Of a stretch of DNA of 64,000 nt, positions 30,701 through 41,694 are shown piece after piece. The notes below the pieces were generated by a model that was given only the letters and a program-made list of their open reading frames with translations, made no database searches and was not told where the DNA came from. Position 1 is the stretch's first letter. Every line of letters begins with the position of its first letter. The stretch comes from Candidatus Latescibacterota bacterium (GTDB lineage: Bacteria; Latescibacterota; CBDEFO01), in the NCBI GenBank assembly GCA_965237525.1, contig CBDEFO010000003.1:256001-320000 (forward strand). Direction: 5' to 3'. A program made the position numbers and the translations under genes.

Positions 30701-31794
30701 AGAAGCCCTACAGCTACATTTGTGACTGAGCTATCTCCGAAAGTAACAGTCGCTCCACTTTGGAAATTGCTCCCTTTTATCGTCACAGGTGTACCGCCTA
30801 ATTCTGAGCCAAAAGTGGGACTAATAGATGTGACAATCAAAGGAGGTGTCACATTAGAGAGATTCAACAACACTGATACATTGCGCCCAGCCACAGCTAA
30901 GTCATTATCCCCATCCCCATCTAAATCTGCACTGAAGAGTGAACTACCCCGAGGGCTATAGTCCACCTTAGGTGCGAATGTCCCATCTCCATTATTCAAT
31001 AGTACTGACACTCCAGACGTAACTAAGTCATTATCTCCATCCCCATCTAAATCCACACTGAAGAGTGAACTACCCCCAGCGGGATAGTCCACCTTAGGTG
31101 CAAATGTACCATCCCCATTATTCATCAACACTGATACGTTACCGCCTGCAACCACAGCTAAGCCATTATCTCCATCCCCATCTAAATCTGCACTATCTAA
31201 ATCTGGACTGAACAATGAACCGGGACCACTCCCAGCAGCATAGTCCACCTTAGGTGCAAATGTACCATCCCCATTGTTCAACAACACTGTTACAGTAAGA
31301 GTACCTGAGAAGCCCTCATTAGCCACAGCCAAGTCATTATCTCCATCACCATCCAAATCTGCAATAAATACTGAATAGGGTCTACTCCCAGCGGCATATT
31401 CCACCTTGGGTGCAAATGTCCCATCTCCATTATTTAACAGCACTGATACAGTAGTGCCGCTCTCGAAGTACCAATTAGCCACAGTCAGGTCATTATCTGC
31501 ATCTCCATCTAAATCTGCAATGAATACTGATTGGGGACCATTCCCAGCAGCATAGTCCACCTTAGCTGCAAATGTACCATCTCCATTATTCAATAACACT
31601 GATACATTATCACTCTCTGCGTTAGCCACAGCTAAGTCATTATCTCCATCTCCATCTAAATCTGCACTGAAAACTGAACGGGGACTAAACCCAACGGCAT
31701 AGTGAGTTGGGAGTCCGAAAAGGTCCTGTGCATAGGCAGGCGCGTTCAAAGCGACTAACAGGATCAGAGCAGTATATAAGATCGCACATCTCAT
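27770..31794 (-). pseudogene. large secreted FG-GAP/VCBS-repeat and IPT/TIG protein with dockerin/EF-hand-like tail, split into three ORFs by two +1 frameshifts
   Basis: Signal peptide MRCAILY..AYA; ORFs 29581..31794, 28569..29606 and 27770..28588 overlap at an extra G in the same repeat position; paralogous to 4022-7051. Confidence 0.85.
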
Positions 31795-31825
31795 TTTATT
31801 ATCTCTTAACGGAGAGATCCGAATG

Positions 31826-33148
31826 CTAAGCGACGCGCCTCAAAACGCGTTCGAAAGCCTCTATAGCCTCGTCTATATCTTCTCTACCGGTTGGGATGGA
31901 GATACTGTGCATTGTCAGACCAGGGCTTGTGTGAATGCCCTCCTCAAGGAGTCCGAGATATACCCTCTGTGACAGCGCCCTATCGCTCGCAGAGCCCGCG
32001 CGATAGTTGAGGATCTCTTGATCGGTGAAATAGATGCCGAATAACGGCCCGATTCCGACCACACAAGTTGTAATACCGACCCGGTCGGCGGCTTCTTTTA
32101 ATCCTCTTCGGATTCGGTCTCCCAGTGTATTAAGGTGAACGTACATCTCATCTGTCAGGAGCCGCAGAGTGGCAAGGCCTGCGGTGGTCGACATCGGGTT
32201 GCCCGCAAATGTGCCGCTTTGAAAGAAACCCTTACCGGTCCTTGCGTCCAGAACGTCCATGAGTTCAGCTCGTCCGCCGAGCGCGCCGCCGGGGAATCCG
32301 CCTGCGATAATCTTCCCAAAGAGTGTGAGGTCAGGTTCAAAACCGTAGAGTTCCTGGACACCTCCGGGGGCAACAGAGAAGCTGACGACTTCGTCAAAGA
32401 TAAGGTAGAGGCCGTACTTGTGGGTGACGTCCCGAAGAAAGCGCGAAAATTCAGGACCTACTGACATAACGCCTGCCCGGACATCAAAAAGGACGCCCGC
32501 CAATTCATCCCGGTGTTCCGCCAATATGCGATCTGCAGACTCAGGGTCATTCAGGGGCAGGACAACAGTATCCTCAGCCACGTGGCAGGAAACTCCTTTG
32601 ACTGTCACGACAGGTTCAGGTGAATCGGCCGGACCTGCCAGATCGATCGGCGGAGCTACGCTGACCTCAACGGCGTCGTGGCTGCCGTGAAAGGCCCCCT
32701 CAAATTTGGCGATTTTCTCCTTTCCGGTCAGACCACGCACCAACCTTACTGCGTGGAGGCTTGCTTCCGTGCCTGAGTTAGTAAACCGGACCCGCTCGAC
32801 GGATGGGACCCGCCGGCATAGCTCCTCGGCAAGTTCGGCCTCTACACCGACTTGGTGGCCAAGGGCAAAGCCCCTGCCAATCTGGCTTTGGACAGCTTCA
32901 ACGACTTTGGAATGGCGATAACCCGCTATAGCCGCCGTATGGTGATTAGCTACATCCAAGTAACGATGGCCGTCAACGTCATAAAGATAACATCCCTCGC
33001 CACGCTCCATATAGAGCGGAAAGGGGAAGGTATCATAAGCCCCTTTGGCGACGCCTCCCGGCATAGAGGACAGACCTTTTTCGTAAAGGGCCAAAGACCC
33101 GGGGTTGTTCTTGAGATATCGAGATTCCAAGGTTTCGATAGATTCCAC
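31826..33148 (-). CDS. class III PLP aminotransferase, glutamate-1-semialdehyde aminomutase-like
   Basis: GEGCYLYDVDG, RFTNSGTEA, KFEGAFHG, IFDEV, FGKIIAGG and SGTFAGNP motifs. Confidence 0.85.
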   Translation of the reverse strand: MESIETLESRYLKNNPGSLALYEKGLSSMPGGVAKGAYDTFPFPLYMERGEGCYLYDVDGHRYLDVANHHTAAIAGYRHSKVVEAVQSQIGRGFALGHQVGVEAELAEELCRRVPSVERVRFTNSGTEASLHAVRLVRGLTGKEKIAKFEGAFHGSHDAVEVSVAPPIDLAGPADSPEPVVTVKGVSCHVAEDTVVLPLNDPESADRILAEHRDELAGVLFDVRAGVMSVGPEFSRFLRDVTHKYGLYLIFDEVVSFSVAPGGVQELYGFEPDLTLFGKIIAGGFPGGALGGRAELMDVLDARTGKGFFQSGTFAGNPMSTTAGLATLRLLTDEMYVHLNTLGDRIRRGLKEAADRVGITTCVVGIGPLFGIYFTDQEILNYRAGSASDRALSQRVYLGLLEEGIHTSPGLTMHSISIPTGREDIDEAIEAFERVLRRVA

Positions 33149-33248
33149 GTTTAATTCTCCTTTGCAGGCTGTGCCGGACGCGGCTGGACATGCCTCGTTC
33201 TAAAATAACCTGCTAAAGATGGAAAATCAAGTCAAATCGTTGTTTTGG

Positions 33249-33271
33249 TCCCCGATAGATTTAATCGGGGA
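33249..33271. repeat. stand-alone copy of the short palindromic element
   Basis: TCCCCGATAGATTTAATCGGGGA. Confidence 0.7.
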
Positions 33272-33369
33272 AAAGAAAATCCTTGCTTTGTGTCTCGATC
33301 TGCATTATCATATTTGAATCTGCTACGTTCCTTGCCATATTAGGCTACTTTCAATCAGAGAAAATTCAA

Positions 33370-34386
33370 ATGAAAGTCCCCCTTTTTCCCGGCAAACTGC
33401 CGCCCGGTCTTCTTAAACGCCTGATAGAGACGTACACAACCTCAGACGAAAGAGTAGTAATAGGCTCAAAGTTAGGAGAAGACGCCGCAGTCATAGACTT
33501 CCATGATACCTATCTTGTTGCGAAGACAGATCCCATCACTTTTGCGACCGACCAGGCAGGCTGGTACGCTGTCAACGTCAACGCCAACGATATAGCCGCA
33601 ATGGGTGCAAGACCCCAATGGTTTCTGGCAACAGCTCTCCTTCCTGAAAGAGACGCTACGCCGCAACTTGCCGAAGAGATCTTCAGGCAGATCAGTCAGG
33701 CTTCCTCATCTTTAGGCATAGCCTTCTGCGGAGGACATACGGAGATAACTTACGGCGTCGACAGACCCATACTCATAGGCTGCATGCTCGGCGAAGTTCC
33801 GAAAGAAGGGCTCGTCAGATCGTCTGGCTTGATCCCCGGAGATAGGATCATCCTGACGAAGGGACTCGCCATAGAAGCCACATCCATCATTGCAAGAGAA
33901 AAAGAGGAGCAGCTCAAAGAAAAGTGGGGGAAGGAATTCGTCCAAAGTTGTAAGGACTACCTCTACAACCCCGGTATAAGTGTAGTCAAAGACTCAGAGA
34001 TAGCCTGCGCCACAGCCCGAATAAAGGCCATGCACGATCCGACCGAAGGGGGAGTAGCCACAGGATTGTGGGAACTTGCCCAGGCATCACAGATTGGAAT
34101 GGAAATATATGGTGAAAGGCTCTATATTTCAGAAGAATCCAAAGCCCTCTGCGAGGAATTCGACATCGTCCCTCTAGGGGCTATCTCCTCGGGCGCCCTC
34201 CTGATAGGTGTCAATCGGACTGATGTTCAACCTGTACTTCAAGCCCTTCGGAGAGCCGAGATCGAATCTGAAGAGATAGGACAAGCTAAAGACAAAGACT
34301 TCGGATTAAGGCTGAACACAAAAGGAAAGCTTTCCGAGCTTCCCCGCTTCGACAGAGACGAAATAACGAAGCTCTTTGAGGGCTGA
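33370..34386 (+). CDS. AIR synthase-related (HypE/PurM superfamily) protein
   Basis: GKLPP, GEDAAVI, KTDPITF, NANDIAAMGA, GGHTE and MHDPTEGG motifs. Confidence 0.85.
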   Translation: MKVPLFPGKLPPGLLKRLIETYTTSDERVVIGSKLGEDAAVIDFHDTYLVAKTDPITFATDQAGWYAVNVNANDIAAMGARPQWFLATALLPERDATPQLAEEIFRQISQASSSLGIAFCGGHTEITYGVDRPILIGCMLGEVPKEGLVRSSGLIPGDRIILTKGLAIEATSIIAREKEEQLKEKWGKEFVQSCKDYLYNPGISVVKDSEIACATARIKAMHDPTEGGVATGLWELAQASQIGMEIYGERLYISEESKALCEEFDIVPLGAISSGALLIGVNRTDVQPVLQALRRAEIESEEIGQAKDKDFGLRLNTKGKLSELPRFDRDEITKLFEG

Positions 34387-34519
34387 TTTTATTATATTTG
34401 ATTCTCCTTTGCAGCCCGGTAACAATTTTGCATCTTTTTAGATGTCATACTTAAGGGTTTGGAATACAAGAGGTCATGCATAGATTTAAGGATCGGATCC
34501 AAATAGTCTGGACAAGATT

Positions 34520-34558
34520 ATGGATATCTCAAATGGACATCTAAAATGGACATCCAAA
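34520..34558. repeat. three imperfect 13-bp tandem repeats (ATGGAYATCYMAA)
   Basis: ATGGATATCTCAA ATGGACATCTAAA ATGGACATCCAAA. Confidence 0.6.
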
Positions 34559-34593
34559 ATAGTAGACAGCACAGAGGGAGGGGGCGGTCTAAA

Positions 34594-34711
34594 GAGATTG
34601 CTTCCCCCCGACCCCCGATAGAGTCAATCGGGGGTTCAATCGGGGGTGCTTGCAACGACAGCGCTGCCTTTCGGCTTAGTCATTGCGAGGGGTGAAGCCC
34701 TGAAGGAATCA
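34594..34711. repeat. REP/RPE-like composite repeat, copy 2, with nested palindrome
   Basis: GAGATTGCTT CCCCCCGA[CCCCCGATAGAGTCAATCGGGGG]TTCAATCGGGGG..GCAACGACAG..GTCATTGCGAGGGG. Confidence 0.75.
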
Positions 34712-34770
34712 CAAGAGATGGACAGGGCTATCCTATTTTCTGTCTTCTACTTACTGTCGAGTTATTCAGT

Positions 34771-35619
34771 ATGGGCATTACGGTATCCTATAAATCTCTG
34801 AAAGAATCGCCCGTCCCCGATGCATTTTGGGCGCAGATCGGGCTGGCAGGTCCTGACGGGTCGGTGGATCGAGCTAAGATCAAGAAGTATCACGAAGTTG
34901 TGGGATTCAGCCGGTATATTGTAGAAGCTGTCGAGACGTTTCCCGAAGATCAGGAGATCACCATTTTAGACTGCGGCTGTGGGAAGTCGTATCTGTCGTT
35001 TGTGGTAAACGATCTGTTGACGCGCCAGATGGGTAGGTCTGCCTACTTCATCGGCGTGGACACCAACGACGCGGTCATCCAGATGTGCGAACAGGCTCGA
35101 GAGGCACTTGGGTTTGATAATATGGTCTTCCACGTCGCCCGGGCGCTCGATTTTGAGCCGGACAGAAGTGTGGATGTTTTGATCGCTCTCCACGCCTGCA
35201 ACACGGCCACAGACGAGGCCATCGCAAAGGGGATATCCCTGCGGGCCAGGTACATAATGACAATACCGTGCTGCCAGAATCAAGTCCGGGGACAACTCAA
35301 GGATAAGCATCCGCTGGCTGACCTGACCCAGTTCGGCCTGCTGAAGTACGCCTTTGCCAGCACGCTCACCGATGGTCTTAGGTCTTTGATCCTCAAGGGA
35401 GTCGGGTATGAGGTCAAGCACTTTGAAGTGGTTCCTCCCAAGTGCACACCTAAGAATGTTCTGATCCAAGCCCGAAAGATTAAGCGCAAGCGGGAGCCGA
35501 ATCTGTCTGAGTACGTGCGGGCAAGTCATCAGTTCGGTGTGCGGATTGCCCTGGAGAATATGCTGCCTGAGGAGTTGAGGGAAGTGCTGGCAGTGACAGA
35601 TATAGGATACAGTGTGTAG
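34771..35619 (+). CDS. SAM-dependent methyltransferase (Methyltransf_32-like)
   Basis: ILDCGCGKSYLSF, ALHACNTATD..IA.G, PCC and TPKN motifs. Confidence 0.85.
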   Translation: MGITVSYKSLKESPVPDAFWAQIGLAGPDGSVDRAKIKKYHEVVGFSRYIVEAVETFPEDQEITILDCGCGKSYLSFVVNDLLTRQMGRSAYFIGVDTNDAVIQMCEQAREALGFDNMVFHVARALDFEPDRSVDVLIALHACNTATDEAIAKGISLRARYIMTIPCCQNQVRGQLKDKHPLADLTQFGLLKYAFASTLTDGLRSLILKGVGYEVKHFEVVPPKCTPKNVLIQARKIKRKREPNLSEYVRASHQFGVRIALENMLPEELREVLAVTDIGYSV

Positions 35620-35771
35620 GAGCGATTCACACTGCATGCACTGCGACAGAGACGGAAGCGATCTTTTGCTAATTGATTCTCCTTGACAGCCCTGCAACGA
35701 ATTAGTATCTTTTAATCAAGTGCGGGGCTATTGTTTTGAGAGTCAAAGAAATATGGATGAGGTTATAAAAA

Positions 35772-37049
35772 GTGATCAAAAGGGTCAAAGCACGCGGATA
35801 CAAGTCCCTCAAGGACATAGACATTAAGCTTAATCGCCTGACGGTTGTTGTCGGTGCCAACGCTTCGGGCAAGAGCAACCTCTTTGACTTATTGAATCTC
35901 GTCAGCCGTATGGCGACTAAAAGCACCCTGCCAGAGGCCTTTGACGAGCACAGAGGCGACCCCATAGAGGCTTTTCATTTGTCATCGGATGTAAAAGAAT
36001 TAATACGAGGAGGTACTGCTGAATTTGATGTTGAAATTGACGTGGAGCTGTCAGATTCAGTCGTTAGGTCTGCCGAAGCAAACATAAAGAAGATGAGAGA
36101 GGGAGTCTCTGCTAGGGGAAACCCCAAGAAGCTAGTGATCGAAAGACAACTTCGTTATAACTTGACTGTTGAAATCCAGACCGATTCTGGAAATCTGCGT
36201 GTCAAAGATGAGAAGCTCTGCGCATTACGAAAAGATGGCAAGGAGACAAAGTCCAGAAGGGCGTTCATTGAAAGAGTTGGCAATAAGATACATATCAGAA
36301 TGGAAGGTCAGGCGGCGCGTCCATTCCAATTCGACATCGGCCTGGATCGCACTATCGTCTCAACACCTCTATATGCACCTCATTATCCGCATATTACTGC
36401 TTTTAAACAGGAACTGTCCCGATGGTGTTTCTACTATCTTGAGCCGGACATAATGCGGAAAGAGAACGCACTGAAAAATGCCCCCAATCTCGGCCTTCTC
36501 GGATCAGACCTCGCGGCGTTCTATAACACACTTAAACGCCGCGATCTCAAAAGGTTTGAGGCGAACAATAGGGCGTTGAAGCTCTTGCTGCCCGCAGTGG
36601 AAAAGATAGATATTCAGACGACAGAGACGGGTCAACTTCTTCTCATAGCACACGAGAACGGCGCAAGATTCACTAGCAGAGTCGTCTCTGACGGAACGCT
36701 GAGGATATTAGCTCTACTTGCTATCACTAATCCCTTAGAACCGAGCACTGTCGTAGGGTATGAAGAACCCGAAAACGGGGTACATCCGAGACGTTTGAAG
36801 CTTATCGCCGATCTATTTCGCGAAGCGGCGGAGCAAGGAGAGACTCAATACATTATCAATACTCATTCGGCTATTTTGCCTGATTACTTTGATGAGTCAC
36901 AGATTGTTGTGTGCAAAAAAGAAAATTATGCTACATCTTTCAAGCCTTTCAAAACGCTTGCTCTTTGGCAACATAGTGATATAGAAAAAGCTTTGGATGA
37001 CGCGTCTGTTTTTTCAGAAGGGTTTGTAAGAGGATATTATGGTGGATGA
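35772..37049 (+). CDS. ABC/SMC-like AAA ATPase (AAA_21-type)
   Basis: Walker A GANASGKSN; signature VSDGTLR; Walker B YEEPENGVHP; NTHS. Confidence 0.9.
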   Translation: MIKRVKARGYKSLKDIDIKLNRLTVVVGANASGKSNLFDLLNLVSRMATKSTLPEAFDEHRGDPIEAFHLSSDVKELIRGGTAEFDVEIDVELSDSVVRSAEANIKKMREGVSARGNPKKLVIERQLRYNLTVEIQTDSGNLRVKDEKLCALRKDGKETKSRRAFIERVGNKIHIRMEGQAARPFQFDIGLDRTIVSTPLYAPHYPHITAFKQELSRWCFYYLEPDIMRKENALKNAPNLGLLGSDLAAFYNTLKRRDLKRFEANNRALKLLLPAVEKIDIQTTETGQLLLIAHENGARFTSRVVSDGTLRILALLAITNPLEPSTVVGYEEPENGVHPRRLKLIADLFREAAEQGETQYIINTHSAILPDYFDESQIVVCKKENYATSFKPFKTLALWQHSDIEKALDDASVFSEGFVRGYYGG

Positions 37050-37671
37050 GATACGGATCTTCCACTTCCTCGAAGATATTGCCCAGGAGTATTTTGTTAA
37101 ATCTATTGTCACAAAGGTAGCCAAGGAGGTCTCGGAGGAAATATATCTCACACACGATATCAGAAATGCCTCTGGAGGCAAAGGGAGAGTTGAGCAAGAA
37201 CTTCGTGGATTTCTCAAGGATCTGGGGAGACGTTTAGACCCGTCAGGAGATGTTTTGATAGTAGCTATCGATGGAAATTGTAAAGGTCGTACGAAGAAGA
37301 AGAAAGAATTAGAAGAAGATATTTTTAAAGGACGGGAAATTGCTCCTCTTGTTGTCTGCGCGATACCTGAGTCGCACATCGAAAGGTGGTATCTTCTGGA
37401 TGAACAGGCTCTCAGTGAAGCTTTAGGATTCACAGAAATACTTAGCATAGAACCTAAATGTGAACGCAGCTATTATAAGAACAAACTAAAAAAAGCTGTG
37501 ATAGAGGGTCGCGGATCTGCACCTCTGGGAGGCGCTGAATGCGCGGAGGACATAGTCGCATGCCTGAATCTTCATAGAGCGTGCCGGAAGGATAATTCCT
37601 TCAAGCACTTTGTGGACGATCTTAAAGCTCAGTTAAGACAAGCCGCAAGGATCAAGAAAGGCACAGAATGA
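37039..37671 (+). CDS. TOPRIM-like partner protein (DUF4276-like)
   Basis: HFLED, VAIDGN, PESHIERWYL and C-terminal SF..F motifs; overlaps the ATPase stop. Confidence 0.6.
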   Translation: MVDEIRIFHFLEDIAQEYFVKSIVTKVAKEVSEEIYLTHDIRNASGGKGRVEQELRGFLKDLGRRLDPSGDVLIVAIDGNCKGRTKKKKELEEDIFKGREIAPLVVCAIPESHIERWYLLDEQALSEALGFTEILSIEPKCERSYYKNKLKKAVIEGRGSAPLGGAECAEDIVACLNLHRACRKDNSFKHFVDDLKAQLRQAARIKKGTE

Positions 37672-38246
37672 CCCTCAAAGTTGTAATCTTCGACATGGAC
37701 GGGACTATAACAAAACCTTACATAGACTGGAAGTCCCTCAGAGCAGAAATAGGCGTCCCCAAGAATGAAATAATTATTGACTACATCGAATCGCTGCCTT
37801 TCCAAGAAAGAAAAAGGGCTAATCGAATCCTTGAAATGCGAGAAGGGGAAGCCGCCCAAAACTCTGAGATCAACGAAGGAGCTGAAGAACTCCTTCAATT
37901 CCTTAAAGAAAAAGGTATCAAGACGGCCCTGGTCACGAATAACAACAGGTGGGCGATGGGACACATCCTTGAAAGACACGATCTTAAATTTGACATCCTC
38001 TTAAGCAGGGAAGATGGATCGGTAAAGCCGTCGGAAGAGTTGATATTAAGAGCCCTCGACTGCACAGGAGCAGAAAAAGATCAAGCCATCGCAGTGGGAG
38101 ATGGACGATTTGATTTAGAAGCGAGCAAGAAAGCAGGAGTCAGATGCATTTACCTATCCAACTCTACCCCTGCGCTAGAACATAACTTCACAGCGCATAC
38201 CTTACACGACGTAGTGGAAATAATAGACAAACTCACAGAGGCGTAA
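37668..38246 (+). CDS. HAD-superfamily hydrolase
   Basis: FDMDGT, VTNN, KP and VGDGRFD motifs. Confidence 0.88.
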   Translation: MTLKVVIFDMDGTITKPYIDWKSLRAEIGVPKNEIIIDYIESLPFQERKRANRILEMREGEAAQNSEINEGAEELLQFLKEKGIKTALVTNNNRWAMGHILERHDLKFDILLSREDGSVKPSEELILRALDCTGAEKDQAIAVGDGRFDLEASKKAGVRCIYLSNSTPALEHNFTAHTLHDVVEIIDKLTEA

Positions 38247-38456
38247 ACTAAGAAGTGAGGCGATCACTGTGCGAAAGCTTGCGCTTTTTGTCACAATTGC
38301 AGGACTTTCAGCGACGGGAGCCGCTTTCTTCCTGGGAAAGAGGAGGAGGGTCTGCCCTGAGTGCAAAAGACGAGTGCAGGGTAATTGGAAATATTGTCCC
38401 TACGACGGCGCGAAGACTGAAGCCAAATACGAATGGGATTAAGTGGGAGAATTGGC

Positions 38457-38894
38457 GTGCCAAAGATACTGGTCATACATGGTCCAAACCTCAATTTACT
38501 CGGCACAAGAGAGCCCGAAATATACGGTTTAAAGACTTTACAGGATATAAACATAGCTGTAGAGGACTTATCTTGTGAATTAAACGCAGATGTGCAAATA
38601 TTCCAGTCTAACCACGAAGGCGAAATCGTAGACCAGATCCAAAAGGCAGGGGAGTGGGCGGACGGCATCCTCATCAACCCCGGAGCATTTACACACTACA
38701 GTATCGCAATAAGAGACGCCCTTTCCGCGGTAAATCTTCCTGCAGTAGAGGTCCATCTGTCAAACCTACACGCAAGGGAAGATTTCAGAAAGAATTCTGT
38801 CATAGCTTCCGTATGCACCGGACAAATATCCGGATTTGAGGCAAACAGCTATCTTTTGGGACTCAGAGCCTTGGTAGATAAACTGAAAGAATAG
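38457..38894 (+). CDS. aroQ: type II 3-dehydroquinate dehydratase
   Basis: [33 protein letters not shown] and EVHLSN motifs. Confidence 0.97.
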   Translation: MPKILVIHGPNLNLLGTREPEIYGLKTLQDINIAVEDLSCELNADVQIFQSNHEGEIVDQIQKAGEWADGILINPGAFTHYSIAIRDALSAVNLPAVEVHLSNLHAREDFRKNSVIASVCTGQISGFEANSYLLGLRALVDKLKE

Positions 38895-38909
38895 CTCTGG
38901 AACTTCGAT

Positions 38910-40013
38910 ATGGCCAGATCGTACACACATAAGATAAAACCCCAGGTGAGAGGGCTAACTCCCTATACTCTCAAGCAGTACGACTACGACGTGAAGCTCA
39001 ATCAGAACGAAAATCCATTCGACTTTCCGCAAGAGATCAAAGAAGAAGTCCTTCAATTTGCCCGGGAAAGATGCTGGTCGAGATATCCAGACTTCACACA
39101 GAAAGATATGGTACAAGCCCTCTCAAGGTACACAGGATGGCCGGAAGATGGAATCTTGGTCGGAAACGGTTCAAACGAACTGGTGCAGGCTACCCTCATA
39201 ACTTCTATAGACGCTCCAGACACGACCGTGCTCATACCTACTCCCACGTTCACGCTCTACAGGCTGCTCTGCAAAGCCTTGGGAGCCAATGTCCTTGAGG
39301 TCTATCTTACTGAGAACTACAGATTCGACATAGAAGCTATAAAAGATGCCACTGAGACAAATTTTCCCGATGTTATGATATTCTGCTCTCCCAACAATCC
39401 GACAGGATGTGTCCTGGAAAACAGCGACATTGAAGACCTTCTAAACCTCTCTGACGGCCTGATCGTAGTGGACGAAGCCTACTATGAATTCAGGGGCGAA
39501 ACCTGCTTTTGCCTTTTGAAGGACTATCCCAACCTGATAATCTTTAGAACCTTCTCAAAAGCCCTTAGTCTTGCTGGACTCAGAATCGGATATCTTATGG
39601 CACATCCTGAGCTTGTAGAGCAAATATCTAAAGTCAAACTCCCGTACAACCTCAATTTTTTCTCACAGATGGCGGCGATGAAAGCCCTCGAAAACAGAGA
39701 TCTGCTGCAAAAGAACATAGAGTATCTTATCGGACAAAGGGACATCCTCTACAATGAACTCAAAGACATAGAGGGCGTGGTACCCTATCCCTCCTACGCC
39801 AACTTCATCCTCTTTGAGACACAATCTAATTCTAAAGATATATTCGAGGGACTCCTTCAGCAAGGCGTTCTAATTAGGGATGTCAGCGGTTATCCGATGC
39901 TTTCTCGTGCCCTAAGATTCAACATCGGCATCCAAGAGGAGAATACAAGATTCCTGGATGCCCTAAAAGAGACAGTGCGCTCGGCACTTCGAAAAGGCAG
40001 TTTAAGCGTATGA
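38910..40013 (+). CDS. hisC: histidinol-phosphate aminotransferase
   Basis: [28 protein letters not shown] and [14 protein letters not shown]; adjacent to hisB. Confidence 0.93.
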   Translation: MARSYTHKIKPQVRGLTPYTLKQYDYDVKLNQNENPFDFPQEIKEEVLQFARERCWSRYPDFTQKDMVQALSRYTGWPEDGILVGNGSNELVQATLITSIDAPDTTVLIPTPTFTLYRLLCKALGANVLEVYLTENYRFDIEAIKDATETNFPDVMIFCSPNNPTGCVLENSDIEDLLNLSDGLIVVDEAYYEFRGETCFCLLKDYPNLIIFRTFSKALSLAGLRIGYLMAHPELVEQISKVKLPYNLNFFSQMAAMKALENRDLLQKNIEYLIGQRDILYNELKDIEGVVPYPSYANFILFETQSNSKDIFEGLLQQGVLIRDVSGYPMLSRALRFNIGIQEENTRFLDALKETVRSALRKGSLSV

Positions 40014-40606
40014 GCTCTAAAAGACAGAGTCGTATAGAAAGAGGGACTGCAGAGACACAGATAGAACTCGTACTCGACCTTGACGGAAGAGGGAAAGCCG
40101 ACATCGATACGGGAATCGGCTTTTTTGACCACATGCTCGAGCTTTTTGCAAAGCATGGGTTCTTCGACCTTACTGTCAAATGTAAGGGCGACCTTAGTGT
40201 AGACCCGCATCATACGGTCGAAGACACAGGGATATGTCTGGGGTCGGCTATCGCTCAGGCTTCAGGGGATAAATCTGGCATCGTAAGATACGGATGCAGC
40301 TACGTGCCTATGGACGAAGCCCTTGCAAGGGCCGTCGTAGATCTTTCAGGACGCTCCTCTTTCATCTTTAACGCTGAGATAACGGACCGAAAGATAGGCC
40401 AGTTCCCGACGGAACTCTTGCCTGACTTCTTCAAAGCCGCAGCCGACAACGCTAAGATGAACCTGCATATAGACCTGATTAGGGGAGAAAATAGCCATCA
40501 CTCGTCAGAGGCCATCTTTAAGGCCTTCGCCCGGGCCCTTGACCGGGCCTCGTCAATAAGCCAAAGAGTTCAGGGCGTCCTGTCTACCAAGGGGACTCTG
40601 CAGTGA
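40010..40606 (+). CDS. hisB: imidazoleglycerol-phosphate dehydratase
   Basis: [31 protein letters not shown] and STKG motifs. Confidence 0.97.
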   Translation: MSSKRQSRIERGTAETQIELVLDLDGRGKADIDTGIGFFDHMLELFAKHGFFDLTVKCKGDLSVDPHHTVEDTGICLGSAIAQASGDKSGIVRYGCSYVPMDEALARAVVDLSGRSSFIFNAEITDRKIGQFPTELLPDFFKAAADNAKMNLHIDLIRGENSHHSSEAIFKAFARALDRASSISQRVQGVLSTKGTLQ

Positions 40607-41694
40607 GTACGGAGGTAAAATACGACTGCAGATACTTCAAAGGCGACGTCCCCTGCAAATTCAATAAATTAGACGGTTCCGTCTGCGAGTGCTGTGAGCA
40701 CTACGATAAGGTGGAGGGGAAGATACTCATTATAAAGCTCGGCAGGGCCGGAGACGTTATAAGGACCACCCCTCTTTTGAGAAGACTCAAACATGTCTAT
40801 CCAAAATCCCACATAACATGGCTCACATGCTTTCCAGAATTCGTTCCGGATATAGTGGACTGCGTATTTACGTTCGATCCTCAAAACATCCTGTATCTCC
40901 AGCAGGTGCACTTTGATATCCTTTACAACCTGGACAAGGATGTGGAAGGCTGCACCCTTGCTAACATAGTTTCCGCGGCCACAAAAAAAGGCTTCCACCT
41001 CAAAGACGGAAAATGCCATCCTATAGACAAAGACGCAGAGCACAAGTTCCTCACAGGCATATTCGATCAGGTGAGCAAAGCCAACACCAAAAGCTATCCT
41101 CAGGAAATTTTCGAGATATGCGGCTTTGAATTTAAAGGGGAGGAGTACATCCTCGAGAACTTCGCATCAGAGGGCTATAACTGGGGGATAGAGGAGCCGA
41201 AGCCCCTTGTAGGATTAAACACCGGCTGCGGCGGCACGTGGAGATCCAGACTCTGGGGCCAGGAAAAGTGGGTAGAGCTGGCACAGAGCCTCAAATCACA
41301 AGGCATAGGCGTCGTGCTACTGGGCGGAGAGGGGGAACACGAAAGGAATACATATATCTCAAAAGAAAGCAAAGCAAGCTATCTGGGATACTTCCCTATC
41401 AGGAAATTCGTCAACCTGATAGATCAATGTAACACCGTAGTGACAGCCGTCACCATGGCTACCCACATAGCTATAGGGCTTAGAAAAGGCACAGTCCTCT
41501 TAAACAACACGTTCAACCCCAGCGAATTTGAACTCTACGGATCGGGACAGATTGTAGAGCCTGACTTTGACTGTGACTGCTACTATTCTCCGATATGTCC
41601 CAACGACTGCATGCAGTACATCAGTCCCCAGAAGGTCTTTAACACATGTCTTGCAGTCCTCGAAAGCCAGGGGGAAAATCTGAATCTTTTATGA
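40603..41694 (+). CDS. glycosyltransferase family 9 (heptosyltransferase-like) with Cys-rich termini
   Basis: [27 protein letters not shown]. Confidence 0.85.
   Translation: MSTEVKYDCRYFKGDVPCKFNKLDGSVCECCEHYDKVEGKILIIKLGRAGDVIRTTPLLRRLKHVYPKSHITWLTCFPEFVPDIVDCVFTFDPQNILYLQQVHFDILYNLDKDVEGCTLANIVSAATKKGFHLKDGKCHPIDKDAEHKFLTGIFDQVSKANTKSYPQEIFEICGFEFKGEEYILENFASEGYNWGIEEPKPLVGLNTGCGGTWRSRLWGQEKWVELAQSLKSQGIGVVLLGGEGEHERNTYISKESKASYLGYFPIRKFVNLIDQCNTVVTAVTMATHIAIGLRKGTVLLNNTFNPSEFELYGSGQIVEPDFDCDCYYSPICPNDCMQYISPQKVFNTCLAVLESQGENLNLL

Noticed and set aside
31826..33148. Calling this gene hemL
   Set aside because: The family is clear, but there is no tetrapyrrole context and some motifs deviate; left as a class III aminotransferase
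33370..34386. Calling this gene hypE
   Set aside because: No hydrogenase maturation neighbours and no C-terminal PRIC cysteine
34966..35697. 243-aa minus-strand ORF and similar antisense ORFs (e.g. 1377..1892, 53461..54021, 56328..56897, 63269..63679)
   Set aside because: They are shadows of well-supported genes on the opposite strand and have no motifs
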